A stretch of 64,000 nucleotides of DNA from contig MCFE01000419.1 in the NCBI GenBank assembly GCA_002104905.1, positions 14,216-78,215 on the forward strand, written 5' to 3'. The notes beneath the pieces are model-generated. The model was given only the letters and a program-made list of their open reading frames with translations, searched no databases and was not told the origin of the DNA. Positions 24,724-38,663 of the stretch are shown here, in pieces (within the stretch, counting starts at the first letter, position 1; each line of letters opens with the position of its first letter). Origin of the DNA: Basidiobolus meristosporus CBS 931.73. Its lineage: Eukaryota > Fungi > Basidiobolomycota. Both the position numbers and the translations under genes were made by a program.

Positions 24724-27700
24724 GATTTGACCTTAAATTATATACATGGAAGGCCTCTGGATGAAGAATTAAGAAAATCAAGTGCCAATAAGAACAAAGA
24801 AGAAAATGCTTTAATAAGCAATGATAACCAACAAAGGAGGTACCCAAGACCCTACAAAGGCAACAGCAGCCTGTTTTGCAACTACTTCAGAAGGAAAGCA
24901 CACACAACAGACTGGTGTCTCAAAAAGAGAGATAATCAGCAAAAGAAGCCTGAATATAGATATGCAGCAACAACAGAAGATATACTATTCATATCTGTTG
25001 TAAGAGTCTTGGAGATATTGGAAGTGATTTGGGAGGACAAGTAGATTATGTGGTTTTCACTTAATAATTTACTGAATGTAAAAGTAGTATTTATACTTTT
25101 ACATGGTGTTGGCATAGCAAACATGTAGAATAGCTTAAGGAAGGTCCTAAAAACTTGTGTGCAAAGTTTGGGGCTGTTTGGACAACTTTGAGAATTTTCA
25201 TGTTCTGGGTACCTGATATTTTAGTGAAAATATTCCAAGTAAATCCTGACAAGGAATATGGTCAGTATTCTCTAGGATTTGAAGGTAATGATCTAAGTGA
25301 CTAAGTTAGGTGAACATTTAGGTGGAATTACAAACTTTACACCACTCCCACTCAGCTCAATGTTCATACTGACTTGTCCTAATTTTCACATACAATGTTC
25401 AAACTTGTCACTAGCTAATGGTTTGGTAAATATGTCTGCAATCATTTCATCTGAAGGACTGTAAACTAAGCTAAGTAAGTCATTTTCCATAGCCTCAAAT
25501 ATGAAATGATACTTAATACTTACGTGCTTGGTTCTAGCATGAAAAGTTGAATTTCTACCTCATTGTAAACATCCTTGATTATCTTGAAATAAAATAATAG
25601 GTGTTTTTTGACATAGGCCTAAGTCTGTAAGAAGCTTTCTTTACCACATTACTTCTCTTGTAGCTTCACAGGCTCCCACATACTCTGCCTCTGTGGTAGA
25701 AAGCGCTATGGTTGGTTGCTTTCTTGAATTCCCTGAAATTGCTCCTTGACAGTAAAGAAAGGTGTAACCTGTGGTGGATTTTCTGTATTCCAAATTTTGT
25801 CCCCAACCAGCATTCAAGTATCCCACAAATTCCTGCTCTGAATCCCAGTAATTGTATCCTAAGCAGATATCAGCAGTTCCTTTTAGGTATCTAAAAACCT
25901 GCTTAACTGATGCAATATGATCAGAACCATAGTTCTGATTATGTTGTCTGACAGTTCCCACTGAAGATGAAATATTTGGAAATGTTCCATGCATGCTATA
26001 CATCAGACTGCCAACTGTATATTGATAAGAAAAGTCGGGGCTTTCAGATGGCACCAAGCTCTATGGATTTGGTTGAGTTTTGACCAAGTTAAGGTTTGTC
26101 TCCATTGGGGTAGCTGCCGGTTTACAGCCTTCCATTTTGTACTTCTTTAGTATATCCTGAGTATACTTGGATTGGCTTTGAGTGAAAATTTGGGTACTTC
26201 TGTGTATGGTGAACTTTATCCCCAAGTAGTAACAGGTTCTCCTAGATTGGACATCTTGAACTCTTTAGACAGACTGGATTTAGTCTGTTCCAATGTTTCT
26301 AGGTTATTGGTGGCTATTATAAGATCATCCATATATAGAGGTAATAGAACTGGACTTGCTCTATCTGACTTATAGGATATATTATAGTCAGCATTACTCC
26401 TTTTGAAACTCAAAGATTCCAAATAAGAAACTATCTTGCAATTCCAGGCTCTTGCTAATTGATTGCAACCATATTGAGATTATGCAAGCTTGCAGACCAC
26501 TGTCTATGGAGAACCTGGTCCCTAAGTAGTAACTGGGTTCTCCTAAGTTGGACATCTTGAACTTCTTAGATAGGCTGGATTTAGTCTGTTCCAATATTTC
26601 TAGGTTATTGGTGGCTATAATAAGGTCATCTACAAATAGAGCTAATAGAACTGGATTTGTTCTATCTGGCAAATAGTACTGACTATGGTCAGCATTTCTC
26701 CTTTTGAAACTCAAAGATTCCAAATAAGAATCTAGCTTGCAATTCAAGGCTCTTGGTGCTTGTTTAAGACAATATAGTGACTTTTTAAGCTTGCAGACCA
26801 AATAGGGGCTGTGCTGGTCAACAAACACATCAGGCTGGTCCATTTTCATCTCCTCATCAGGTTCTCCATTCAAAATGCAGCTTTTACATTCATTTGATGA
26901 ATAAAAAACTGATATTTGGCTGCAATAGCCAATTTTAATCTGATGGAATTAAGCTTGGCAACAGGTGCAAAGGTCTCAGTACAGTCAAGTCCTTTTGTTT
27001 GAGAGTATACTTTGGCCACAAGTCTTGCTGTGTATCTTTCAAATGGACCATCAGCCTTGTATTTTGTTGTAAAGACCTATCTGTATCCAATTGATTATTG
27101 GTTGATTGGTAATTTGACCAAGTCCCAAGTTTGATTTTCCATCAGGGCCTGATATTCCTTAGTCATTGCAGACCTCCAAAACTTTGTCTGAGGGCTATTT
27201 AAGGCCTCCTTTACAGTCTGGGGTTCATCAATATGGACTCAATAGGCATAGGCTAAGTTTGTACCCTCATTGATATTGTAATTTGGGCTCTTTCTTGTCT
27301 GGTTGGATCTCCTGGCATTTGACACTGAGCTGAGCACTTCAGGGATATTCCTGGAGACTGATTCTGGCTGAAACATACTTCTAGAGTCCCCTGGAATGAA
27401 AAAATTCTCATTATTTTGCTCTGATTCAATCCTGACAAGTGGCAAACTTGAGATCAGATTTTTGTCATCTTCTGATGTCTTTTTTTGTGAAAAATTAGAA
27501 TTTTCATGATGCAGCACATTCCTGGACTTGATTGGCTTCTTTGCTGTGGTATTGTAGAGTCTGTATGCTTTACTCTCATTGCCGTAACCCAAAAGTATGT
27601 ATTTTACACTTTTTGGTCCAAGTTTTGACTGATTTCCTGGCAGTTTCTTGGCAAATGCTTTACACCCAAATATTCTTAGATGTTCTGCACTTAGTCTGTA

Positions 27701-30700
27701 CCCATACCATGCTTCAAATGGAGTAGAATCCTGAAGTACTCTAATATAACTCCTATTTTTAAGGTAAACAGCAGTGGCAACTGATTTGACCCAAAAATCA
27801 AAGAATAATTTTTGATCATGGATCATAGATCTTGCCATATCAATTATTGTTCTGTTAGCCCATTCTGCTACTCTATTTTGCTATGGGGAGAATAGTCCAG
27901 CAGTCTCTTGCTTTATCCCATGAATTTTGCAGAAGTGGATGAAGAGTTTTGAGGTATATTTTCCACCATTGCCAGAGTGTAATATCTTGATTTCTTCACT
28001 AGTTTCTCTATCTACAATGGCTTTAAGCTCCTTGACTTTAGACAGAGCTTCTTCCTTCTTCTCCATGAGGTAAACCCACATATATCTTGTATAATTATCA
28101 ATGAAAGTGATTAAATCCTTCATACCACCTAAAGATAAATTTTGCATAGGTCCACACAGATCTGAGTGAATTAGATCTAATTTTTTCTTAGTTTTGATCA
28201 ACCCAGAGTTCTTGAAAGGCTGTCTGGCTTGTTTCCCATATACACAGGCATAACAATGCCCCAAATCAGCAAGGGAATCAATTATTACTCCAGAAATTAG
28301 CTGATCTTTGATCAATTTGTGCAAATAATCAAGATTGATGTGTCCAAATCTCATGTGCTTTCTTCATTTAAGTTACTGATATTGGCTTCCAAATATGATG
28401 GAATATAAGTCAGCTTGTATAGATTCTGATCTCTAATACCCAAAGCAATATGGGTACCATTTTGATCAGTGATCCTGCATTCAGAATTGTCAAAGCTGAA
28501 ACTGAGTCCTTCTGCTCTAGCCTAGCTTACAGATAGTAGGTTCTTGGCTATTTCTGATGCATAGTGTACTTCTTTAAAAGTCAGTGTATGGCTTCATTCA
28601 CTGCTCCTAAGGCTTACTTGAATAGTTCCTTCTCTCACTACATCAAGTGTTCTATTGTCACCCATGAAAACCTTCTTATTTGGAATTTCTTGATATTAGG
28701 TAAAAAGTTCTATTTGGTATGTAAAGTGTTGAGATGCTGGAGAGTCAATATACCACATCTGAGAATCCTTGTTGCGGTCATATTTAGTGCAGATGTGAAT
28801 GGTCTATCTTTGGTTGTTGCAGCATTTCCATAGTCAGGCTTCTTTTGCTGATTATCTTTCTTTTTGAGGCACCAGTCTGATGTGTGTCCTTCCTTTTGCA
28901 GTAGTTGCAAAACAGGTTGCTGTTGCCTTTGTGGGGTCCTGGGTACCTCCTTTGTTGGTAATCATTGCTTATTAAAGAATTTTTCTCTTCCTTCTTGTTG
29001 GTGCTTGATTTTCATAATTCTTCATCCAGAGGCCTTTCATATACATAATTTAAGGTCATATCCTCAGTTCTGGACTCTAGGGCTGATACAAGGCCCTGAA
29101 ACATGTCTGTCAGGCTATTCAGGATGGTAACTATCACATCTGCATCAATAATTGGTGCACCCACAGATTCCATTTCCTCCACCAGCAGGGTAATTCTGTT
29201 AATCAGATTTTTCATTTCTTCTCCTGGCAGCATCTTTGTAGTAAAAATTTTTGTCACAGATACATTTCATTAGCAGCTGCGCATGACTGGTAGATGTCTT
29301 CTAATGGCTTCCAGGCATTCTTTGCTGTTTTTTGCTCTTAAGCATTGAATTAGCAATTTGTCTTTAGCATTGAGGCAAATGCAGTTAAAGGCACATTGTT
29401 CTTTCTTCTGGTACTTTAAGGCTTCCTCTCCCACATTTTTAGGAGGGCATTCTTCTCCCATGACAATATCCCAAAGGCCTCTTTCTTGTGGCAGCATCTT
29501 CATCTTCACCTTCCACACTTGGTAGTTAGATCCATCCGACTTTGCAGCAGAGGGAAAAATTCCAGTAATAGCTGTAGTGGACTATGCAGAGAGTGACAGC
29601 TTGGGGCTCATAACCTGTTGTAAGAGTCTTGGAAATATTGGAAGTGACCTGGGAGGACAAGTAGATTATGTGGTTTTCACTTAATGACTTATTGAATGTA
29701 AAAATAGTACTTATACTTTTACATGATCTTGGCATTATCAACACACAGAAGAGGTTAAAGAAGGTCTCAAGAACATGTGTGCAAAGTTTGGGGCTGTTTG
29801 GACAACTTTGAGAATTTTCATGTTCTGGAAACCTGGTACTTTGGTGAAAATATTCCAAGTAAATCCCCACAAGGAATTTAGTCAGTATTCTCTAGGATTT
29901 GAGGGTAATGATCTAAGTGACTAAGTTAGACAGATATTTAGGTGGAGTTGCAAATTTTACAACAATATCTGCACTAAATATAACCACAGAAAAGGATTCT
30001 CAGATATGGTACATTGACTCTGGAGCTTCTCATCACTTTGCCCATCAAAAAGAGCTTTTTACCCACTATCAAGAAATTACAATTAAAAACGTTTTCATGG
30101 GTGACAGCAGAATGCTAGATGCGGGGGGAGAAAGAACTATCCAAGTAGACCTCAGAAGCAGTGAAGGAAGCCATACACTGACCATTAAGGAAGTACTCTA
30201 TGTACCAGAAATAGCCAAGAACCTACTATCTGTAAGCAAGGCCACTGCAGAGGAACACATTAATGGCTTTGATAATTCTGGATGCAGGATCACTGATGAG
30301 AGTGATGCCCATATTGTGTTGGGTATCAGAGATCAGAATCTACACCAGTTGACTAATATTCCATCATATCCAGAAGCTAACATAAGTAACTTCAATGAAA
30401 AACGCCAATGCTTTGGCACAGGAAATTTGGGCATATCATTTTGATTATTTGAGCAAAATGCTCAAAGATCAGCTAATTTCTGGAGTAAAATTGATCCTCC
30501 AGCTAATTTGGAGCACTGTGAAGCCTGCATATATGAGAAAAAAGCCAGACAACCATCAAGTGCTCTGGGTTAATCAAAACTAAGAAAAAATTAGATCTAA
30601 TTCACTCAGATTAGTGTAGACCTATGCAAAATTTATCCTTTGGCAGGATGAAGTATTTAATCTCTTTTATTGATGATTATGCAAGATACACATGGGTTTA

Positions 30701-33290
30701 TTTGATGGAGAGAAAGGAAAAAGCTCTATCTAAGTTCAGGGAGTTTAAAGTCATGGTGGAGAGAGAAACTGGTGACAAAATCAAGAAAATTTGCTCAGAG
30801 AGTGGTGAGAATAAACTCAAAAGTCTTCATCCACTTCTGCAAAATTTGTGGGATACAGCAAGAGACTACTGGACTATACTCCCCACAGCAAAATGAAGTA
30901 GCAGATGTGCAAATAGATCAATAATTGATATGGTAAGATCAATGATCCATGATCAAAATTAGCCTATGATTTTGGGTCAAATTAGTTACCACTGCTGTAT
31001 ACCTTAAAAATAGGAGTTAAAGAAGAGTACTTTATGATTTTACCTCACTTGAAGCATGGTGTGGAAGCAGACCAAGTGCAGAATATCTGAGAATATTTGA
31101 GTGTACAGCATATGCAAGAAACTGCCTGGAAAGCAGTCAAATATGAGCCAAAAAGTGTAAAATGCATGTTTTTGGGCTACTGCAATGAGGGTAAGGCATA
31201 TAGACTCTACAATGCCAAAGCTAAGAAGCTGATCAAGTCCAGGCATGTGTTGTTTGATGACAACTTAAGTTTGTACAAGATATGACATTAGATGATGACA
31301 AAATTTGATCCCAGGTTCACCAATAGTCAGGATTGAATGAGAGCAAAACAATGCAAAACTTTTCACTCCAGAGAGCTCTACAACAGTGATTCAGCCTGCA
31401 TGAGTGCCCAGTAATATCCCAGAAGTGGTCATTTCAGTATCCAATGCCAGTGAATCCAATAAGACAACAAGTAGCCCAAATTACTATAACAATGAGGGTA
31501 CAAACTTAGTCTATGCCTATTCAGTCCATATTGATGAACCCCAGGCTGTAAAAGAGGCCCTAAAGAGCTGTCAGATAAGTTTTGGAGATCTGCAATGACC
31601 AAGGAATAGCAGGCCCTGATGGAAATCATACTTGGGACTTAGTCATACTACTAATCATCCAAAAATTAATCGGATGCAGATAATTCTTTGAGACAAAATA
31701 AAAGGCTGATGGTACAATTGGAAGATACAAAGCAAGACCTGAGGTCAAAGGATACTCTCAAACAAAAGAACTTGATTATACTGAGAGCTTTGCCCTGATA
31801 GCCAAGTTTAATTCCATCAGATAAATACTGGCTATAGCAGCCAAATACAGGCTTTCATTACATCAAATGGATGTAAAAGCTGCAGTTTTGAATGAGGAAC
31901 TTGATGAAGACATGTATACAGACCGGCCTGATGGGCTTCTTGACCAAGATATCCCCAATCTGGTCTGCAAGCTTGCATAATCTCAATATGGTTGCAATCA
32001 ATTAGCAAGAGCCTGGAATTGCAAGATAGTTTCTTATTTGGAATCTTTGAGTTTCAAAAGGAGTAATGCTGACTATAATATATCCTATAAGTCAGATAGA
32101 GCAAGTCCAGTTCTATTACCTCTATATATGGATGATCTTATAATAGCCACCAATAACCTAGAAACATTGGAACAGACTAAATCCAGTCTGTCTAAAGAGT
32201 TCAAGATGTCCAATCTAGGAGAACCTGTTACTACTTGGGGATAAAGTTCACCATACACAGAAGTACCCAAATTTTCACTCAAAGCCAATCCAAGTATACT
32301 CAGGATATACTAAAGAAGTACCAAATGGAAGACTGCAAACCAGCAGCAACCCCAATGGAGACAAACCTTAATTTGGTCAAAACTCAACCAAATCAATAGA
32401 GTTTGGTGCCACCTGAAAGCCCAGACTTTGCTTATCAATCTATGGTTGATGATCTGAGTTATATCATGCTTGCAACATGCCCAGATAGTGCATATTCAGT
32501 GGGAGTTGTCAACCTGCAAAATCACAACTTTGATCTGATCATATTGCAGCAGTTAAGCATATTTTTAGACGACTAAAAGGAACTGCTGATATATGCTTAA
32601 GATACAATTACAGGGATTCAGAACAGGATCTTGTGGGATACTCTGATGCTGATTGTGGACAAAGTTGAGAAGACAAAAGACCAACCACAGAATACACCTT
32701 TCTGTAATGTCAAGGAGCAATTTCATGGAATTCAAGAAAGCAACCACTGTAGCACTTTCTACCACAGAAGCAGAGTATATAGCTGCCTGTGGGCTACAAG
32801 AGAAGCAATGTGGCTAAGAAAGCTTTTTACATATTTGGGCCTATATCACAAAATGCCTATTACTTTATTTCAGGATAATCAAGGATGTTTACATTTGTAT
32901 GTCAAAATTAGGGCAAGTCAGTATGAACATTCAGCTGAGTGGGAGTGTTGTAAAATTTGTAATTCCACCTAAATATTCATCTAACTTAGTCACTTAGATC
33001 ATTACCTTCAAATCCTAGAGAATACTGACCAAATTCCTTGTCAGGAATTACTTGGAATATTTTCACTACAATACAAGCATCCCAGAACATGAAAATTCTC
33101 AAAGTTGTCCAAACAGCCCCAAACTTTGCATACATGTTCATGGGATCCTCCTAAACCTATTCTGTGTCTTTTATGCCAAGGCTATGTAAAAATATAATAC
33201 TACTTTTACATTCAGTAAATCATTAAGTGAAAACCATAAAATCTACTTGTCCTTGCCATCCTTTAAAATAGCTTCAAGACTCTTACAACA
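24724..33290 (+). mobile_element. Ty1/Copia family A copy 3 (5'-deleted; host of copy 2)
   Basis: Gag fragment 24724-24995 resumes at 29965 (ISALNITTEKDSQIWYIDSGAS), followed by decayed integrase, RT and RNase H. PPT agctgagtgggag precedes the 3' LTR at 32946-33290. Confidence 0.88.
24996..29964 (-). mobile_element. Ty1/Copia family A copy 2, full length, nested in copy 3 in opposite orientation
   Basis: LTRs at 29616-29964 (5') and 24996-25344 (3'). PBS GGTTATGAGCCCC at 29615-29603. Exact TSD ATATC at 24991-24995 and 29965-29969. Decayed gag, integrase, RT and RNase H ORFs on the minus strand. Confidence 0.95.
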
Positions 33291-33919
33291 GTTCCCACTT
33301 CTACAGCAGAGTTCTGACCCTCTGTCAACTATTGGGGTTATTTGCTTTTATTATAACTTTCCTTTTTTAGAGGTTGCTCTCCTTCCTGAAAAAATATTTC
33401 CTTATTTAGAAATTCTGAGCTCCTGTTTAACCTAAAGGGATGTGATATAAGTCTCCAAAGGGGGCTTTAGACCTAAATGGATGTTCAAAGGTGTGAGTAC
33501 TCAATGTAGTACCCACTCTTTGCCCAAGAGTTCTCCCAAGAGTTCCCTCCAGAGTCCTACCCAAAGTCCTCCAGTACCCTCCCTATGATTCCCCCACGCA
33601 TCCTCCCCTCCTATCCCTGCCCTTATCTAGTTAGAACACTTACCATAACAGGAAGGTGTTCACACCCCTATTTTATAACACATTGTCTATTGTCTAAGCT
33701 CCCCCAAGTGATATATATATCTACCCAATTGAACCAGGAAGAACAACAAGATTTGGACGAAATAAACAGAAGTCTTTATTACCTTCCTACCTTCTATTGG
33801 AAGCTATTCTGAACCAAGTGGTACTGACTTGACCTACAAGCTCTCCCACTCACCAAGTACAGTCAGTAATAACCCACGTATTTGGTGCCGTCTCTGCGGA
33901 AATAAGCACAAGTGAGGTA

Positions 33920-36900
33920 ATGACTACTACAATCAAACTAAAAACATACAAGGGAAAGAAAGAGAAAGCCCTTGAGTGGTTTGATAAGTTTAAGAGAGTT
34001 GCGGTTGATGCAGGATGGGATGACGATAAGAAAGTAAGAGAGTTTGCAAGACATATGGAAGGGTCAGCATGGCAATGGCATTATGGGTTGGAAGACGCAG
34101 TCAAAGACAACTGGGATGCACTAGAAGAAGCCTACAAGACACGCTTTCTATATGCCAAAGGATACCACTACAAAGCCCTTCTACTGTCCTTGCGGAAGAA
34201 AAGCAGAGAAAGCTATGAAGCCTACACTGAACTGTTTCTCCAACAAGTTCAATGTCTCCCAAAGGACAAAATTGCCAAACAACAGCTCATGAGGTATTAC
34301 ATCATGGGCTTAGACAACAGAATAAGACGTAGGGCGTCCGAAGAACAACAGGGATGTAAAACGTTGCAAGAGTTGGTTGAATGAGTACAAGGGGTCATCT
34401 TGCTATGGGGGCTACCCTATAGTGATACAAATGATCAAAGGACAGGGATCCCCCGTAAGAAAGGAAAAATTGCCTCCCCAAAAGACCGTGAGTTAGAGGA
34501 ATTACAGCGAAAGGTCCAAGAACTCTCGATCAACAATGTCCAAGAAGTCCCCAAAGAAGGTGATAAACTCTGGGAAGCTGTTGTAGATCTAAAGGCCCAG
34601 GTTCAAGTCCTGACCCAACAGATGGAACAACCGCGACGACAGTATCCATGTTATGTGTGTGGAGAAGTAGGTCACCGGGCCCATGAATGTGAAAAACGGT
34701 ACGGAAGAGAAGCTGTACCGGACACAAAAGAGAAGAAGGCGTCAAAAGACAGAGTCCCTTGCCAGGAGGCCAACAGGACTCAGGCAATCTAAGCCCTCCG
34801 GTCAGGACAATTGAAGTGCGGAAGAAGAAGCGTCAACATGATGCTTCTAGAGAGGAGGTGAAGGAACCTGTAGTAGAGGTTCCGTCAAAAGGAAAGAGCG
34901 CGGAATTAGGTGAAGAAGTACGGAATGAACCTTGGGAAGAAGTGTTAAAGCAAACAAAGAACGCTAGCACATCTTCCCATGGCCTATTCCCCATAATGAA
35001 GGTACTAGAGCAAACCAAGGCAACCCTCCCAATAACCAATTTACTGGGACTGGCCCCGGCTCTAGTCAAGGAACTGATAGAGGGATTGAAGGAGATAACA
35101 ACCCTCCATGTCAACCAGACGGTCCTGCAAAAAGCAAATAAAGGTACATACGTAAAGGTATGTATAGAGAATAAGGAGATTCTTGCCCTTATCGACACAG
35201 GATCCTCTACGTTGATCATGTCAGAGTCATTAGCAAAACGTCTAAAACTAAATATAGTCCCCAACGACACCATTTGAGTACGGCTAGCGAATGACCAACT
35301 GGATACAACGGTAGGTGTGGTGCCTAATTGCCCCATTTGGCTAGGCAACTTGATAATACGCCAAGATGTTGTGGTCCTACCTGTTGCAGCCAACGACTTA
35401 CTCATTGGCAAGAGTTGGTTTATCCAACATAAGATGGATATACTTTACAGTGCATCTGAACTCAGGTGGGATACCAAGAGTATTCCACTGATTCATATCA
35501 CCGATGAGAGCGAGGCGCGTAGCAACAGTGTGACAATCAAAGAGGTGAAACCGTTGCAGTCTCCAATCATCACACAAAAGGTGATAAAAATACCACCCGC
35601 CAGTGAGACGGTGATCTCATTAGAAACACCAATAGCTTATTCAACAAGCGGAAGAATGATAACCGCAGCGAAAGCATCCAAGCAACTGGAAGGAATCTTG
35701 ATCCCTAAAGTATGGATACCACCAAAATTTGAAACGCAAAGCCTGAAATGCTTAGTGGTTAACAACGGTTGACACACGGTGACATTGCCTAGAGGAGTGC
35801 CATTGTTAAACTTAGAGGAAGTCGACAGAAACGACCAAGGACCACCTCCAAACAAAGAACCAGAAGAAGAACTCCCCAAACTAGATGTGGACCCCGGTCT
35901 ACCACCTACGTTACAAGACAAATTCCTAGAAGGAATACGTCCGCTTGCCCGAGTATTCTCTAAGAACCAAGTAATTGGTCATATACCTGGGGTATATCAC
36001 CAAATCCACCTTGCCAACAAATACCCCATCAAGCAAAAAGCCTATAGGAATTCAAAAATTGACACAGACTATATCAAAGAGACGATTGAAACTTTATTAA
36101 AAGACAACATCATTACAGAGAGCCAGTCTCCGTGGGCCTCCCCCGTAGTGATAGTCCCAAAGAAAGATGGAAAGCGACGCTTTTGCATTGACTACTGGAA
36201 ATTGAACGCCGTCACCCGGAAGGATGTGTATCCGCTACCTCAAATAGACAACCTCTTGGACAGATTAATTGGAGCTAAATATTTTAGCTCTCTTAACCTA
36301 ATCTCCGGGTATTGGCAAGTAGAAGTAGCCCCGGAAGATTGACCCAAAACCGCTTTTATAACATTGTTTGGATTATACGAATGGAACCGACTACCCTTTG
36401 GCTTGTGCAATGCCCCCGCTACATTCCAAAGGATGATCGACAAGGTGCTAGGAAATCTACAATGGAAATGCGCCCTTGTGTATCTAGACAACATCACAAT
36501 ATATTCCCCCAATGTAGAAGAACATATACACGACGTGCAACGTATCCTGACATCCCTCCTCAAGAACCAACTCAACTACATCCCAAGAAGTGCCATTTCC
36601 TGTATGCAAAATTGTTGTTCCTGGGCCACAAGATCTTGGCAGATGAAATATACCCATCTACGTCACTCCTGAAAGCCGTTCAAAATGCACCTGCACCAAA
36701 GGACATTAATGCAGTGTTGGGATTCCTAGGATTAGCCGGCTACTATCACCGCTCTGTCAAAAACTTTGCGACAATAGCAGCCCCCCTATACGAATTGATG
36801 CAAAAGGGCCAGTGTTTTGTATGGTCGGAGCCTCAAAAGAGAGCATTAGATCAGCTGAAACATTCCCTGACGTCACCGCCAGTGTTACAATTTCCCAATT

Positions 36901-38534
36901 GGGATGCAAGATTTTTTATTAACTGTGATGGAAGCCTCACCGGTATAGGCGCCGTACTGGGACAATACCACCAACCCGGCAAATTCCACCCAATTGGTTA
37001 CGTGAGCCGTTTGCTAAACAAACACAAACGCCACTACCCCGTTACTGAGATAGAATGTCTGGCTGTTGTTTATTCAATTAAACAATTCCATACATACATA
37101 CATGGTTGTCAATTCACGATAGTAATGGACCACTGCGCACTGGTCTGGCTGATGAAAACTAAAGACTTTACCGGCCAACTAGCATGTCGGGCCCTACAAC
37201 TACAGCAATACGACTTTGAAATAATTCACCGCGCTGGCAAGAAACACCAGGACGCAGACTTCCTCAGTTGCTATCCCGTTTGCCAAATACGTGTCAGTGA
37301 TGAGTACGAGGACGTAATCTGCTTTAAAAAAAAAGGGAGGTATCCCAAACACACTGTTACAAACAAACGGAAGAGAGAATTTCGAAGGAAATGGTGTCAG
37401 TACAAAGTACAAGAATATTGACTATGGTTCCTCCAAGGACAATCCAGAGCCAAGGTACCCCCACTAGCAGCCCGTGAAGAAATCATACAAGAAAGACATA
37501 TGTCATTAGGACACGCTAACCCCCTAACGACATATAAGATGTTAAGAAAAACGTTTTATTGGCGAAAAATGATGACCAACGTTACGAATACGTTACAAAG
37601 ATGCACCACTTGCGAAAGATTCAACCGGAGTCAGAAGATAGGGACAACCGCACCAATACCGGTTGACCTGCCCTTCCACCAAGTAGGGATTGACTTCGTT
37701 GGCCCCTTTATGAAAACAAAGAAAGGAGAACAATACATAATAATTGCTACCGATTATTTCTCAAAGTGGGTAGAAGCCCAAGCCATCCGCAATAAAGATC
37801 AGAAGACAACCGCCCAATTCATTCTAGAACACCTCATCTGCCAACACGGATATCCTCAGATACTCCTGTCTGACAATGGTGGTTCCTTCCTGAACAACAC
37901 CGTGGCCCACCTATGCGAAATGATGGGCATGAAACAAGTCTTCACGGCCTCATATCACCCCCAGACTAACGGATTAACCAAGAGGATGAACCAGACGTGT
38001 TGCCGCATACTGGAGAAGCTTCACTGGGAACTTCCCCAATCATGGGCCAAGCTGCTCCCACTGACACTCCTAGCAATGTGCACCACACCAAATAAAACAA
38101 CGGGTTTCTCCCCATATGAAATCCTATATGGACAAAGACCCAAGTGGCAGGAGGAAGCTGGATTGATGATGGAAGGTGTCCCCCTGACAACACATAACAA
38201 CTATATAGAAAGGTTGATACACCGTATTGCCCACCTATACATAAAAGTATTCAAAAATGTTGACAAGCACCTTCCCCCTCCACCCAAAAATGAGAAACTA
38301 ACAAGACAAAAGTGGAAATCAGGCAATAAGGTGTGGTACAACCAAACCGTTGCAGGCCTCAAGTTCCGCCCACAATTTACACCCCAATGGATTGGCCCAT
38401 GCACCATTATCAGTTTGGACCACGGACCAAAGTACACCATCACCCTGAATAATAAGACAATCAGCAACGTAGCGCCAGCCCATCTGAAACCGTTTCATGA
38501 TGATCCACCGATCATCACTGAAACCAAAGTGTGA
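33920..38534 (+). pseudogene. Gypsy C gag-pol
   Basis: Gag with CYVCGEVGHRAHEC knuckle, protease LIDTGSS, RT (SPWASPVVIVPKKDG, RLPFGLCNAPATFQR, YLDNI), RNase H and integrase (GIDFVGP, YHPQTNG). Several in-frame TGA stops, e.g. ED*PKTAF at 36340. Confidence 0.93.
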
Positions 38535-38663
38535 TTAAACAATTATCAGGACAAGGATAGAGGAAGACATGGGATACATTCGAAGTTTATTAGAGGAGAT
38601 TTTAGTCAATATAGGTACAAATAATATGCGCAAGGGAGTTCGCCCAAAGGGGAGAACAAAAGA

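Noticed and set aside
20020-33295. ATTCT/GTTCC as a TSD around the whole Copia tandem
   Set aside because: There are two mismatches in five bases, and the flanks belong to different LTR families, so they do not rejoin convincingly.
34690-34792. Programmed -1 frameshift between Gypsy C gag and pol
   Set aside because: The frames overlap in -1 register, but I found no canonical slippery heptamer in the gag frame. A decay indel cannot be excluded.
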